Below, piece by piece: positions 23,072 through 31,082 of a stretch of 32,000 bases of DNA. Both the position numbers and the translations under genes were made by a program. This stretch comes from Planctomycetota bacterium (lineage in GTDB: Bacteria; Planctomycetota; Brocadiia; Brocadiales; Bathyanammoxibiaceae): the NCBI GenBank assembly GCA_016209685.1, contig JACQVQ010000012.1, positions 79,584 through 111,583 on the forward strand, written 5' to 3'. Under the pieces are notes generated by a model. It searched no databases. It was not told the origin of the DNA and saw only the letters and a program-made list of their open reading frames with translations. The first letter of the stretch is position 1. The number at the start of each line of letters is the position of its first letter.

Positions 23072-23428
23072 ATGACCAGAGCAATGAAAGGGGCCGCCAG
23101 AAAACAGGCCAGGAAGAAGGTCCTTAAGGCGGCCAAGGGTTTTTGGGGGGGAAGGAGTAAACTCTACAGAAAGGCCAAGGAGACCCTCCTGAGGGCCGGG
23201 GCTTACGCCTACCGCGACCGCAGGACAAGAAAGCGGAATATCAGGAGTCTGTGGATTGTCCGCATCCATGCTGCGGCCATGCAAAGGGGACTCTCTTACA
23301 GCCAGCTCATGGGTGGCCTCGCAAAGGCCGGACTGGATATAAACAGAAAACTCCTGTCCGACATGGCCATCAATGACGCCAAAGGTTTTGACCAACTGGT
23401 ACAGACTGCCCGTGCCAATATAGGCTAA
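23072..23428 (+). CDS. rplT: 50S ribosomal protein L20
   Basis: ARKKVLKAAKGFWGGRSKLYRKAKETLLRAGAYAYRDRR..., AAGGAGG SD. Confidence 0.95.
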   Translation: MTRAMKGAARKQARKKVLKAAKGFWGGRSKLYRKAKETLLRAGAYAYRDRRTRKRNIRSLWIVRIHAAAMQRGLSYSQLMGGLAKAGLDINRKLLSDMAINDAKGFDQLVQTARANIG

Positions 23429-23540
23429 GGGAGTAGGGGGTAGGGAGTAGAAACACATTAAATTGCAAATTTTAAATTTAAAATTTCTAATTTACAATTT
23501 CTAATTCCTTTAACCCCTAGTCCCTAGCCTCTAACCCCTA
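23429..23540. repeat. Phased heptamer array H (16 x 7 nt)
   Basis: GGGAGTA GGGGGTA GGGAGTA GAAACAC ATTAAAT TGCAAAT TTTAAAT TTAAAAT TTCTAAT TTACAAT TTCTAAT TCCTTTA ACCCCTA GTCCCTA GCCTCTA ACCCCTA. It fills exactly the gap from the rplT TAA to the galU ATG. Confidence 0.9.
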
Positions 23541-24422
23541 ATGAAAAAGCCACTTCCTACAAGAGTAAGAAAAGCGGTACTGCCAGTGGCAGGTCTGGGT
23601 ACCAGGTTTTTACCCGCCACCAAGGCCTTCCCCAAGGAGATGCTCCCCATAGTTGATAAACCCATGATACAGTACATCGTGGAAGAGGCAAAGGAGTCAG
23701 GGATAGAGCAGATAATCCTGGTAACGGGCCGGGGGAAACAGGCCATAGAAAACCACTTTGACACCTCCTTTGAACTGGAGCGCATACTGGAACAGAAAGG
23801 GGAGGAAAAACTCCTCCAGGAAGTACAGAAGGTCTCCAACCTGGTAAGTTTCTGCTACGTAAGGCAGAAGGAGGCACTAGGGTTGGGGCATGCAGTCCTC
23901 TGTGCAAGGGAGGTAGTGGGTAACGAACCATTTGCAGTACTCCTGGGAGACATGATAATAGACTCCAAGACCCCCGCTTTAAGGCAACTACTGGAGGTGT
24001 ATAGGCATTACAAAGCCCCTGCTATTGCGGTGGGCGAGGTAGAACGGTCTGAGGTATCTCGCTACGGGATAATCAAGGCCAATCATGTAAGCACCGGGGT
24101 CTACAAGATATTAGACCTGGTGGAAAAACCCTCCCCGGAAAAAACCCCTTCCAACCTGGCAATCATTGGTAGATACATCCTGCCGCCAGAGATATTTGAC
24201 ATACTGAAAGACCTGACACCCGGAGCCCTCGGAGAGATACAGCTTACAGACGCCTTGAAGAAACTGCTAGGCAGTTCTGCCCTCTATGCCTGTGAGGTAA
24301 AAGGGAAACTATACGACGGCGGGGACAAGCTCGGCCTCCTGAAGGCTACGGTAGAACTGGCCCTGAAGAACCAGGAGCTTGGGGATGAGTTCCGTCAATA
24401 TTTAAGGGGGTTGAATCTTTAG
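23541..24422 (+). CDS. galU: UTP-glucose-1-phosphate uridylyltransferase
   Basis: RKAVLPVAGLGTRFLPATKAFPKEMLPIVDKPMIQYIVEEA, the GalU signature N-terminus. 293 aa. Confidence 0.92.
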   Translation: MKKPLPTRVRKAVLPVAGLGTRFLPATKAFPKEMLPIVDKPMIQYIVEEAKESGIEQIILVTGRGKQAIENHFDTSFELERILEQKGEEKLLQEVQKVSNLVSFCYVRQKEALGLGHAVLCAREVVGNEPFAVLLGDMIIDSKTPALRQLLEVYRHYKAPAIAVGEVERSEVSRYGIIKANHVSTGVYKILDLVEKPSPEKTPSNLAIIGRYILPPEIFDILKDLTPGALGEIQLTDALKKLLGSSALYACEVKGKLYDGGDKLGLLKATVELALKNQELGDEFRQYLRGLNL

Positions 24423-24483
24423 GTTGTATGAATCTCTTTATGCGGGCTTTTCTGGACCCCTTGATTATTGTGAGGGAGAAACT

Positions 24484-24500
24484 ATCCGCCTTGGGCGGAT
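24484..24500. repeat. Variant of the REP core palindrome
   Basis: atccgcc-ttg-ggcggat. Confidence 0.5.
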
Positions 24501-24579
24501 GACTTTACGTAACAATCCAAACTGTTAGGTTTGATTTAAACTAGGACATATGTACGATAATTAAGCATTTTTAGAAGAC

Positions 24580-24601
24580 GGTGCGTCCTGACGCACCCTA
24601 C
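24580..24601. repeat. REP-like hairpin with CTAC tail
   Basis: ggtgcgt-cctg-acgcacc followed by ctac. Confidence 0.45.
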
Positions 24602-24649
24602 ACTACTAGGACAATAAGTCATTCTGTCCCGTTGAATTTCGGGACGTTC

Positions 24650-26227
24650 CTAAACTTTCCACCCATCCTCCAAAATATCCAAAGGCATTCCCGGTACAAT
24701 ATTGTTTTTAATCTCTCTCCTTTTTGCTCGTTGCTGCTCTTCGCAATGGATAGCTAAAGATAGATAAATCAGAGCAGCTCTTATCATTTTAAGAAGCCTA
24801 AGTGTTTTTGCCTGAAATTCGCCACGATAAATTGAAAATGCAAGGGTATCCCTCAAGGCTAAAAATACCTCCTCATTGTTAGAGGGTGGCCCTGACCAAT
24901 CATTTTCATGAAGCTTCAGGTACTTGTGTTCCAGATGGTTGCGGGTTTCTGAAAGTGCCTGAGCATCAGGCTCTATGGATTTTTTGAAATCTGGCTCATT
25001 TTCATACAAATCCTTACTGAGCCAGAAAAGTCCACGAAGTGGCCAGTTTTCATATCGCTGGAACTCCGGTCGTAAACCCTTTTTTTTATGTTGGGAGGCA
25101 TACCAAAATTTTCTGAAGGTAATTTCTTTCTCTGGTATGGAAAGATGCAGATAATGGTTTAAAAAATAAGCAATCTTATCAAATAGAGAATAGGACACCC
25201 TGAAGGCAGTCTTCACTTTTTCGACAGCAAGGGAATATGAGGGGTAGTCAAGTGTATTGAAAAGACGAACATCCCTGTCTGAAAAGTGAGGCCTCCTTAC
25301 ACTAATCCCTTCGTGATAAAGATACCTTGCAGATACGAATTCTTGCTTCATTTGATTGAAGTAGCCGTGATAATATGGCCCCTCTTTAATACCCACTACG
25401 ATGGAGGGGGTATGAAAAACATCACGTGCAGCAATTGGATAAGGTCCAAGGTCATTCAAGGGATTTAGGAACAATCGATTTGAGAGACACCACTTCCGAT
25501 ACCGAATCTCCGATTGTGAATCACCAAGAGAAAATGAATGCATATCAATCCCTTTGGCCAAATGTTCTGGTGAGAGTACAGACTCAATTTGTGTCTTGCA
25601 CTTTTTAAAACCTCTTTGTGCGTCTGGATGAAGCGCAGACAGAGGGGCTGTGCTCAAATCAATGTGGGCTTGTCTAAGAAAAACTGCCGTATGGCCTTGG
25701 TCGTAAAGGGCCTTAGCATAGTAACTGAGAGCAACTCCCCTGTTGCCAAGAGCCATAGCAAATGAAGGTACAATCTCTAGCGTTTTATCCCAATATCCGA
25801 TAGCCTCTACGAAACGGCCAACATGGTTTAGACAGTTGGCCAGATTAGTCAAAATTTGGCACTGTCGCTCCTTTGGTAATTCTTGAAAACCCTCCTCCTG
25901 TAAAGCAAGGCGGAGATGAATAATCTCTTTTTCTATCTCTTCCTGCTCCCAATCCCAAGCTAGTTTGCTGCCCGTTCTTGATATTAATCTTAGATTTCCC
26001 CAGGCGTTAGCCGAAAAGTAGTGTAATATCGCCTTTTGCCCAGCGTTCATCTGTCTTTTTTGTAATTCTTCAGATAGTGTAATAGCACGCCTCAAACCTT
26101 CAATCTTTCTCAAATCCAGGGATATATCAGTTAGCTCTCCTATATGCTCAAGTGCAACTTCAGTTGATAGGCTATCTAGGGTTTTAGCAGATATTAGGGA
26201 TTTGTATTTGTTTAAATAATCATCCAT
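24650..26227 (-). CDS. TPR-repeat protein with C-terminal HEPN-type (R-x4-H) domain, LA2681-like architecture
   Basis: 525 aa. Central TPR units (LANCLNHVGRFVEAIGYWDKTLEIVPSFAMALGNRGVALSYYAKA). C-terminal ETRNHLEHKY is R-N-x3-H, the HEPN RNase signature. The gene is markedly AT-rich compared with its flanks. Confidence 0.65.
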   Translation of the reverse strand: MDDYLNKYKSLISAKTLDSLSTEVALEHIGELTDISLDLRKIEGLRRAITLSEELQKRQMNAGQKAILHYFSANAWGNLRLISRTGSKLAWDWEQEEIEKEIIHLRLALQEEGFQELPKERQCQILTNLANCLNHVGRFVEAIGYWDKTLEIVPSFAMALGNRGVALSYYAKALYDQGHTAVFLRQAHIDLSTAPLSALHPDAQRGFKKCKTQIESVLSPEHLAKGIDMHSFSLGDSQSEIRYRKWCLSNRLFLNPLNDLGPYPIAARDVFHTPSIVVGIKEGPYYHGYFNQMKQEFVSARYLYHEGISVRRPHFSDRDVRLFNTLDYPSYSLAVEKVKTAFRVSYSLFDKIAYFLNHYLHLSIPEKEITFRKFWYASQHKKKGLRPEFQRYENWPLRGLFWLSKDLYENEPDFKKSIEPDAQALSETRNHLEHKYLKLHENDWSGPPSNNEEVFLALRDTLAFSIYRGEFQAKTLRLLKMIRAALIYLSLAIHCEEQQRAKRREIKNNIVPGMPLDILEDGWKV

Positions 26228-26399
26228 GATAAATATGTTTAAGCGGTGCTGGAGCTTTAATAGAGCTAATAAAAGACTTTATGTAAATTCCGCATACCAC
26301 CTGTGGTCAAGTCCTTTTTTTTCTGTAAAAACTAAGAGGCGTAAGTACCTCCTTAATTAACATTAAGCCACAGTTCTCAAGGGGTGGAGTTCTTCCCTC

Positions 26400-26594
26400 A
26401 GGCGGTTAAGTTCTCTAAGGATACTGGGCGTCATCTTCACCCCATGCCACCTCACCATCTCAACCACAGCCTTACACAGTATTTCACCTGATAGCCTGGC
26501 GGAGTGCAGGGCTGACTTCAAAGACGAGCTTCTTTAGGTCTTCGCCCAGTACCACGCTGGCATCCAGGATTTCCAGCCCAGCCAAGAGTATTGC
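26400..26594 (-). pseudogene. Possible decayed gene remnant (frameshifted short reading frames)
   Basis: Minus strand reads ..LEILDASVVLGEDLKKLVFEVSPALRQAIR* then, in another frame, GEILCKAVVEMVRWHGVKMTPSILRELNRLREELHPLRTVA*. Both look protein-like. GC is higher than the surrounding islet. No ORF of 60 aa or more. Confidence 0.2.
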
Positions 26595-26942
26595 TTATTT
26601 TTCTATTTCTTTTAATATCCGTTCTACTGCCTCTTTTAGTGGCTGTAAATCCTGGTTTACTGTGCTCCAGACTCTTTCTAAATCAGTCCTGAAGTACTCG
26701 TGCATAAGTATGTCTCGCATACCGGCAATATCACGCCAGGGTATTTGTGGATATTTGGACTTTATGGAATCGGGTACCTTCTTTACCGCTTCGCCGATTT
26801 TTGCCAGAAGGTATACCGTAGCATAAGCCTTCTCTTTACTATTGACAAATGAGTTGAAGTCTTTCAAACCACTTATAAATCCTTCAATCTCTCCGACAGC
26901 GTCTAAAATATCTTCAAGATAGTCCCTGATTTCTCTTTTCAT
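26595..26942 (-). CDS. hepT: HepT-type HEPN toxin (DUF86)
   Basis: MKREIRDYLEDILDA...WRDIAGMRDILMHEYFRTD (R-x4-H). The ATG at 26942 overlaps the mntA stop in an ATGA junction. Confidence 0.85.
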   Translation of the reverse strand: MKREIRDYLEDILDAVGEIEGFISGLKDFNSFVNSKEKAYATVYLLAKIGEAVKKVPDSIKSKYPQIPWRDIAGMRDILMHEYFRTDLERVWSTVNQDLQPLKEAVERILKEIEK

Positions 26943-27238
26943 AAATAGGCGACCTCTTGCAAAATTCTCCTGCCTATGTAAGGCTTCAGGCATTTTTTTT
27001 CTACTAAATCTACCTTTACACCCAGCAGGTCGCTTAAAAGATTCTGTAAGTGGATGAATTCAATCAGGCTTAATTTTGCATCTTCTTCAAACTCCACTAA
27101 AACGTCCAAATCGCTATTTTTCTCCTGCTCATCCCTTACGTAAGAACCAAAGATGCCTATCTCTTTCACCTTGAATCTTTTTCTTAGTTCCTCCTTATGT
27201 TGTTTCAGTAAGGTCTTTATTTCTTTAAGGGTTTTCAT
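26939..27238 (-). CDS. mntA: MntA-type minimal nucleotidyltransferase antitoxin
   Basis: GIFGSYVRDEQEKNSDLDVLVEF (GS...DxD NTase motif). ATG at 27238 is preceded by AGGGGA. The ORF track extends to a TTG at 27268. Confidence 0.85.
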   Translation of the reverse strand: MKTLKEIKTLLKQHKEELRKRFKVKEIGIFGSYVRDEQEKNSDLDVLVEFEEDAKLSLIEFIHLQNLLSDLLGVKVDLVEKKCLKPYIGRRILQEVAYL

Positions 27239-27368
27239 ATCTATATCCCCTGCATCCGAAGAGTTCAAAGCCCTGAAAACAGTCTTTATCCTTAGGACAT
27301 TAAGTCGAGGGGCATTTTATCACAAGGACGGCCCTTTTCAAAGAATTAAGGCTACCCCCAAAAGCTGT

Positions 27369-27397
27369 TTGACTTTTCAGAAGAAACCAGATAAAAT
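27369..27397 (+). promoter_or_regulatory. Sigma70-type promoter for prfB
   Basis: TTGACT (27369-27374), 17-nt spacer, TAAAAT (27392-27397), 29 nt before the prfB ATG. Confidence 0.5.
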
Positions 27398-27425
27398 ACT
27401 TTTGTAAATTCAAAGGTACAAAACT

Positions 27426-28557
27426 ATGCTGAAAGACTTTAATCTCTTCCAAACACGCCTCGTAAGCCTGAGGGACTCTCTTTGACCTGGGGGCCAAAGA
27501 AAAAGAGCTAGCCCTGCTTGAGGAAAAGCTAGCCTCCGGGAACCTGTGGAAGGACAAAGACAAGTCTCAGGAAACCCTGAAGAGACTCAAGGCACTCAAA
27601 GAGATAACGATTCCCTTTAAAGAATTGGAAAAGTCCTGGGAGGAAGTGGTGCTTCTTGACCAGCTTGCAGAAGAAGACTCAAGTTTTACAGAAGAACTAG
27701 AACAAAACCTCCGTACCTTCCAGGGAAAGCTGGACAAGTTTGAACTCAAGACCCTCCTCAACCAACCCCATGACCACTGCAACGCCTACCTCAGCATCCA
27801 TGCCGGGGCCGGCGGGACGGAGTCCTGCGACTGGGTTGCCATGCTCCTGAGGATGTACCTACGCTGGATGGAAAAAAACGGTTATACCCAGGATACGGTG
27901 GACCTCCAGCCCGGTGAGGAGGCAGGGATAAAGAGGGTGGTCTTACACGTAAAAGGAGAAAGGGCCTATGGCTACCTCTGCGGAGAGGCAGGGGTGCACA
28001 GGCTGGTAAGGATTTCCCCGTTTGACGCCAACCAGAGGAGACACACCTCTTTTGCCGCCGTAGACGTCCTCCCTGAGATTGAGGAGGAGGGCGAAGTGGA
28101 AATCCGAGAGGAAGACCTGAAGACAGAGACCTTCCGGGCCGGCGGGGCAGGAGGACAACACGTCAACAAGACGTCTTCTGCCGTCAGAATAATCCATATC
28201 CCCACAGGAATCATTATACAGTGCCAGAACGAGCGCTCCCAGCATCAGAACCGCAGGACGGCCATGAACATGCTCAAGGCAAGGTTATACCAGATAAAGG
28301 AGGCCGAAAGGATGAAGCAACTCTCCCAGCTCTACGATGAAAAGGGGGAGATTGCCTGGGGCTATCAAATCCGCTCCTACGTACTCCACCCCTATAACCT
28401 GGTAAAAGACCTCCGCACGGGAAGAGAGACCAGCAATGCCCGGGCGGTGCTGGATGGCGACATAGATGCCTTCCTGGATGCCTATCTCAGATACAGACTG
28501 GCCAATCGTGAGGCCTCCACCTCAGGTGGAAACACGCCACAGACCAAGGCCACTTAA
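27426..28557 (+). CDS. prfB: Peptide chain release factor 2, with programmed +1 frameshift
   Basis: Frame 0: ATG 27426, MLKDFNLFQTRLVSLRDSL, then in-frame TGA at 27483 in the context CTT TGA C. The +1 frame from GAC 27484 is in phase with ORF 27625-28557 (141 nt = 47 codons). SPF and GGQ motifs are present. Confidence 0.92.
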
Positions 28558-28574
28558 ACATAGTTCAGAGAGTA

Positions 28575-28657
28575 TAGCGTGCGAGCTTGTCTCGCACGCC
28601 GTTTAAACGAAGGACCAAAATCCGTGCGACATCCGCCTGAGGCGGATCGCACGCTAC
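28575..28657. repeat. REP-like nested palindrome, (A)TAGCGTGC...GCACGCTAC subtype (83 nt)
   Basis: cgtgcgag-cttgt-ctcgcacg sub-hairpin, then cgtgcga-c-atccgcc-tga-ggcggat-c-gcacgctac. Confidence 0.75.
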
Positions 28658-28691
28658 ATAAAACGGGTGTGCTGAGGGAAAGGAAATAAAA

Positions 28692-29948
28692 ATGGACCCC
28701 CTGAAACAAGTTGACCCTGAAGTATGGCAGGCCATTAAAGGAGAGATTGAGAGACAAAAGACCCACCTGGAGCTTATCGCCGCAGAAAACTACTGTAGCC
28801 CGGCAGTGCTCCAGGCCCAGGGCTCCGTCCTTACCAATAAATACGCCGAGGGCTATCCAGGCAAGCGATACTACGGAGGTTGTGAACACGTTGACGTAGT
28901 GGAGAGGCTTGCCATTGACAGGGCTAAGGAACTCTTCGGGGCCGAACACGCCAACGTCCAGCCCCACGCCGGCTCCCAGGCCAACATGGCCGTCTATTTC
29001 ACCGCCATAGCCCCGGAGTGCAAAGTCCTGGGTATGGACATCACCCACGGTGGACACCTGACCCACGGGTTCAAGAAGAACTTCTCAGGTCAACTCTATG
29101 AGGCAAGGACCTATGGGGTGGATAAAGAGACCAAGCTCCTGGACTATGCGGCCATCCGTAAACAGGCCCAGGAGTTCCAGCCCGACCTCCTCATTGCAGG
29201 GGCCAGTGCCTACTCCAGGGCCATAGATTTCAGCAAGTTCAGGGAGATCGCCGACGAGGTAGGGGCCATCCTTATGGTAGACATGGCCCACATAGCAGGG
29301 CTCATTGCTGGCAAGGTACATCCCGACCCCGTCCCCTACGCCGACTTTGTTACCTCCACCACCCACAAGACCCTCGGAGGGCCAAGGGGAGGACTCATCC
29401 TGTGCAAGGCCAAATATGCCAAAAAGATAGACCAGGTGGTCTTCCCGGGGATGCAGGGAGGGCCGATGATGCACATCATTGCCGCCAAGGCTGTAGCCTT
29501 TAAAGAGGCCATGACCGAGGCCTTTGCAGAGAGACAGAGGCAGACCGTCGCCAACTCCAGGGCCCTGGCCCAGGCACTCCAGGAGAGGGGTTACTCCATC
29601 CTCACCGGAGGTACCGATAATCACCTATTCCTGGTGGACCTCACAAATAAGGGCCTCACAGGAAAGGAGGCCGTAAGCTACCTGGGAGAGGCCGCCGTAA
29701 CCGTAAATAAGAACCTTATACCCTTTGATACCCGCAGTCCCTTTGAAACCAGTGGAATAAGACTAGGCACGGCCGCCAGTACCACTAGGGGGATGAAAGA
29801 GACAGAGATGGCCCAGATTGCACAGTTCATAGACCAGATACTTTCTGCCCCAAAGGATGAAGAGATAAAAAAGAGGGTGAAAAAGGAGGTCCACGAACTC
29901 TGCGAGGCCTTCCCTATCTATGAACAAGAGGCCCTGGCAACCCTTTGA
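28692..29948 (+). CDS. glyA: Serine hydroxymethyltransferase
   Basis: 418 aa. [13 protein letters not shown], and the PLP-lysine motif [14 protein letters not shown]. Confidence 0.95.
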   Translation: MDPLKQVDPEVWQAIKGEIERQKTHLELIAAENYCSPAVLQAQGSVLTNKYAEGYPGKRYYGGCEHVDVVERLAIDRAKELFGAEHANVQPHAGSQANMAVYFTAIAPECKVLGMDITHGGHLTHGFKKNFSGQLYEARTYGVDKETKLLDYAAIRKQAQEFQPDLLIAGASAYSRAIDFSKFREIADEVGAILMVDMAHIAGLIAGKVHPDPVPYADFVTSTTHKTLGGPRGGLILCKAKYAKKIDQVVFPGMQGGPMMHIIAAKAVAFKEAMTEAFAERQRQTVANSRALAQALQERGYSILTGGTDNHLFLVDLTNKGLTGKEAVSYLGEAAVTVNKNLIPFDTRSPFETSGIRLGTAASTTRGMKETEMAQIAQFIDQILSAPKDEEIKKRVKKEVHELCEAFPIYEQEALATL

Positions 29949-30025
29949 ACTAGGGGGTAGGGAGTAGGGGATAGGGGGTAGTAAAAAGATTGCTACTCCC
30001 CACTCCCTACCCCCTAACCCCTAAC
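29949..30025. repeat. Phased heptamer twin-arm array I (11 x 7 nt)
   Basis: ACTAGGG GGTAGGG AGTAGGG GATAGGG GGTAGTA | AAAAGAT | TGCTACT CCCCACT CCCTACC CCCTAAC CCCTAAC. It fills exactly the gap from the glyA TGA to the gpsA ATG. The arms pair at 25 of 33 positions. Confidence 0.9.
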
Positions 30026-31048
30026 ATGAAGCCTATTAAAAAGATAGCTGTCCTGGGTAACGGTGGTTGGGGTACCGCCCTGGCCATCCTCCTCTATAAA
30101 AAGGGACTGGACGTCCTCCTCTGGGGGAATTCTAAGGAATACATGGAATTCCTTGAGAAGAAGAGGGAGAACGTAAAATACCTCCCTGGGGTAAGCCTCC
30201 CTAAAGGGCTGTCCCTTACCTCCGACCTAACAGTCGCCTCTAAGGAGAGGGAACTCTTCGTAGTAGCCATTCCTACCCCTTATCTGCGTTCAGTCATGGA
30301 GAGGTTCAGGCCCCACTATCCCCCCAAGGCCCCCCTCTTGAGCGTAGCCAAAGGGATAGAGAACGAGACCCTCCTCATGGCCAGCCAGGTCGTATCAGAC
30401 GTACTAGGGGATTCCGCCTCAGGCAGACTGGCCCTCCTCCTGGGACCAAGCCATGCCGAAGAAGTAGCCAGGGACCTGCCCACCACGGTAGTGGCCTCCT
30501 CCAGGAGACAGGCCCTGGCTAAAGAGGTCCAGCATATCTTCACCACCGAACGTTTCAGGGTCTACACTAACCCGGACACGGTGGGTGTGGAGGTGGGGGC
30601 GGCAGTAAAGAACGTCATTGCCATCGCCGCCGGGATATGTGACGGCATGGGGTTCGGGGACAATACCAAGGCCGCACTCATTGCCAGGGGACTGGTTGAG
30701 ATTGCCAGGCTTGGTGTAAAGATGGGGGCCGAACGGGCCACCTTCTCTGGCCTTACTGGACTGGGAGACCTTATAACCACCTGCACAAGTAAGTACGGCA
30801 GAAACCGCTCCGTGGGGGAACAGCTGGGAAAGGGCCGAAGGCTAAAGAATATACTGGAGGGGATGGAACAGGTGGCCGAAGGCATTTATACCACCCGCTC
30901 CGTGAAATTATTGGCCGAGAGACACAAGGTAGAGATGCCCATCTCTGAGGAGATATACCAAATCCTTTATGAGGATAAAGACCCCCGCCAGGCCGTCAGT
31001 GACCTCATGATGCGCAGCCCCAGGGCAGAGATGGAAGAGTTGGAGTAG
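30026..31048 (+). CDS. gpsA: NAD(P)H-dependent glycerol-3-phosphate dehydrogenase
   Basis: MKPIKKIAVLGNGGWGTALA Rossmann start at the internal ATG 30026. The GpsA layout runs throughout. The ORF-track start at 29990 translates array I. Confidence 0.92.
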   Translation: MKPIKKIAVLGNGGWGTALAILLYKKGLDVLLWGNSKEYMEFLEKKRENVKYLPGVSLPKGLSLTSDLTVASKERELFVVAIPTPYLRSVMERFRPHYPPKAPLLSVAKGIENETLLMASQVVSDVLGDSASGRLALLLGPSHAEEVARDLPTTVVASSRRQALAKEVQHIFTTERFRVYTNPDTVGVEVGAAVKNVIAIAAGICDGMGFGDNTKAALIARGLVEIARLGVKMGAERATFSGLTGLGDLITTCTSKYGRNRSVGEQLGKGRRLKNILEGMEQVAEGIYTTRSVKLLAERHKVEMPISEEIYQILYEDKDPRQAVSDLMMRSPRAEMEELE

Positions 31049-31082
31049 GGGCATCCGCCTGAGGCGGACAACGTGCCCCTAC
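31045..31082. terminator. REP-like palindrome acting as a probable bidirectional terminator; contains both convergent stop codons
   Basis: gtaggggca-tccgcc-tga-ggcgga-caac-g-tgcccctac. The gpsA TAG (31046-31048) and nadC TAG (complement of 31079-31081) are the GTAG/CTAC ends of the 9-bp outer stem. Confidence 0.6.

Noticed and set aside
27153-27782. ORFs 27153-27407 (+), 27300-27563 (-) and 27567-27782 (-)
   Set aside because: The first is antisense to mntA. The other two are antisense to the prfB 5' region, which is explained by the frameshifted RF2 gene.
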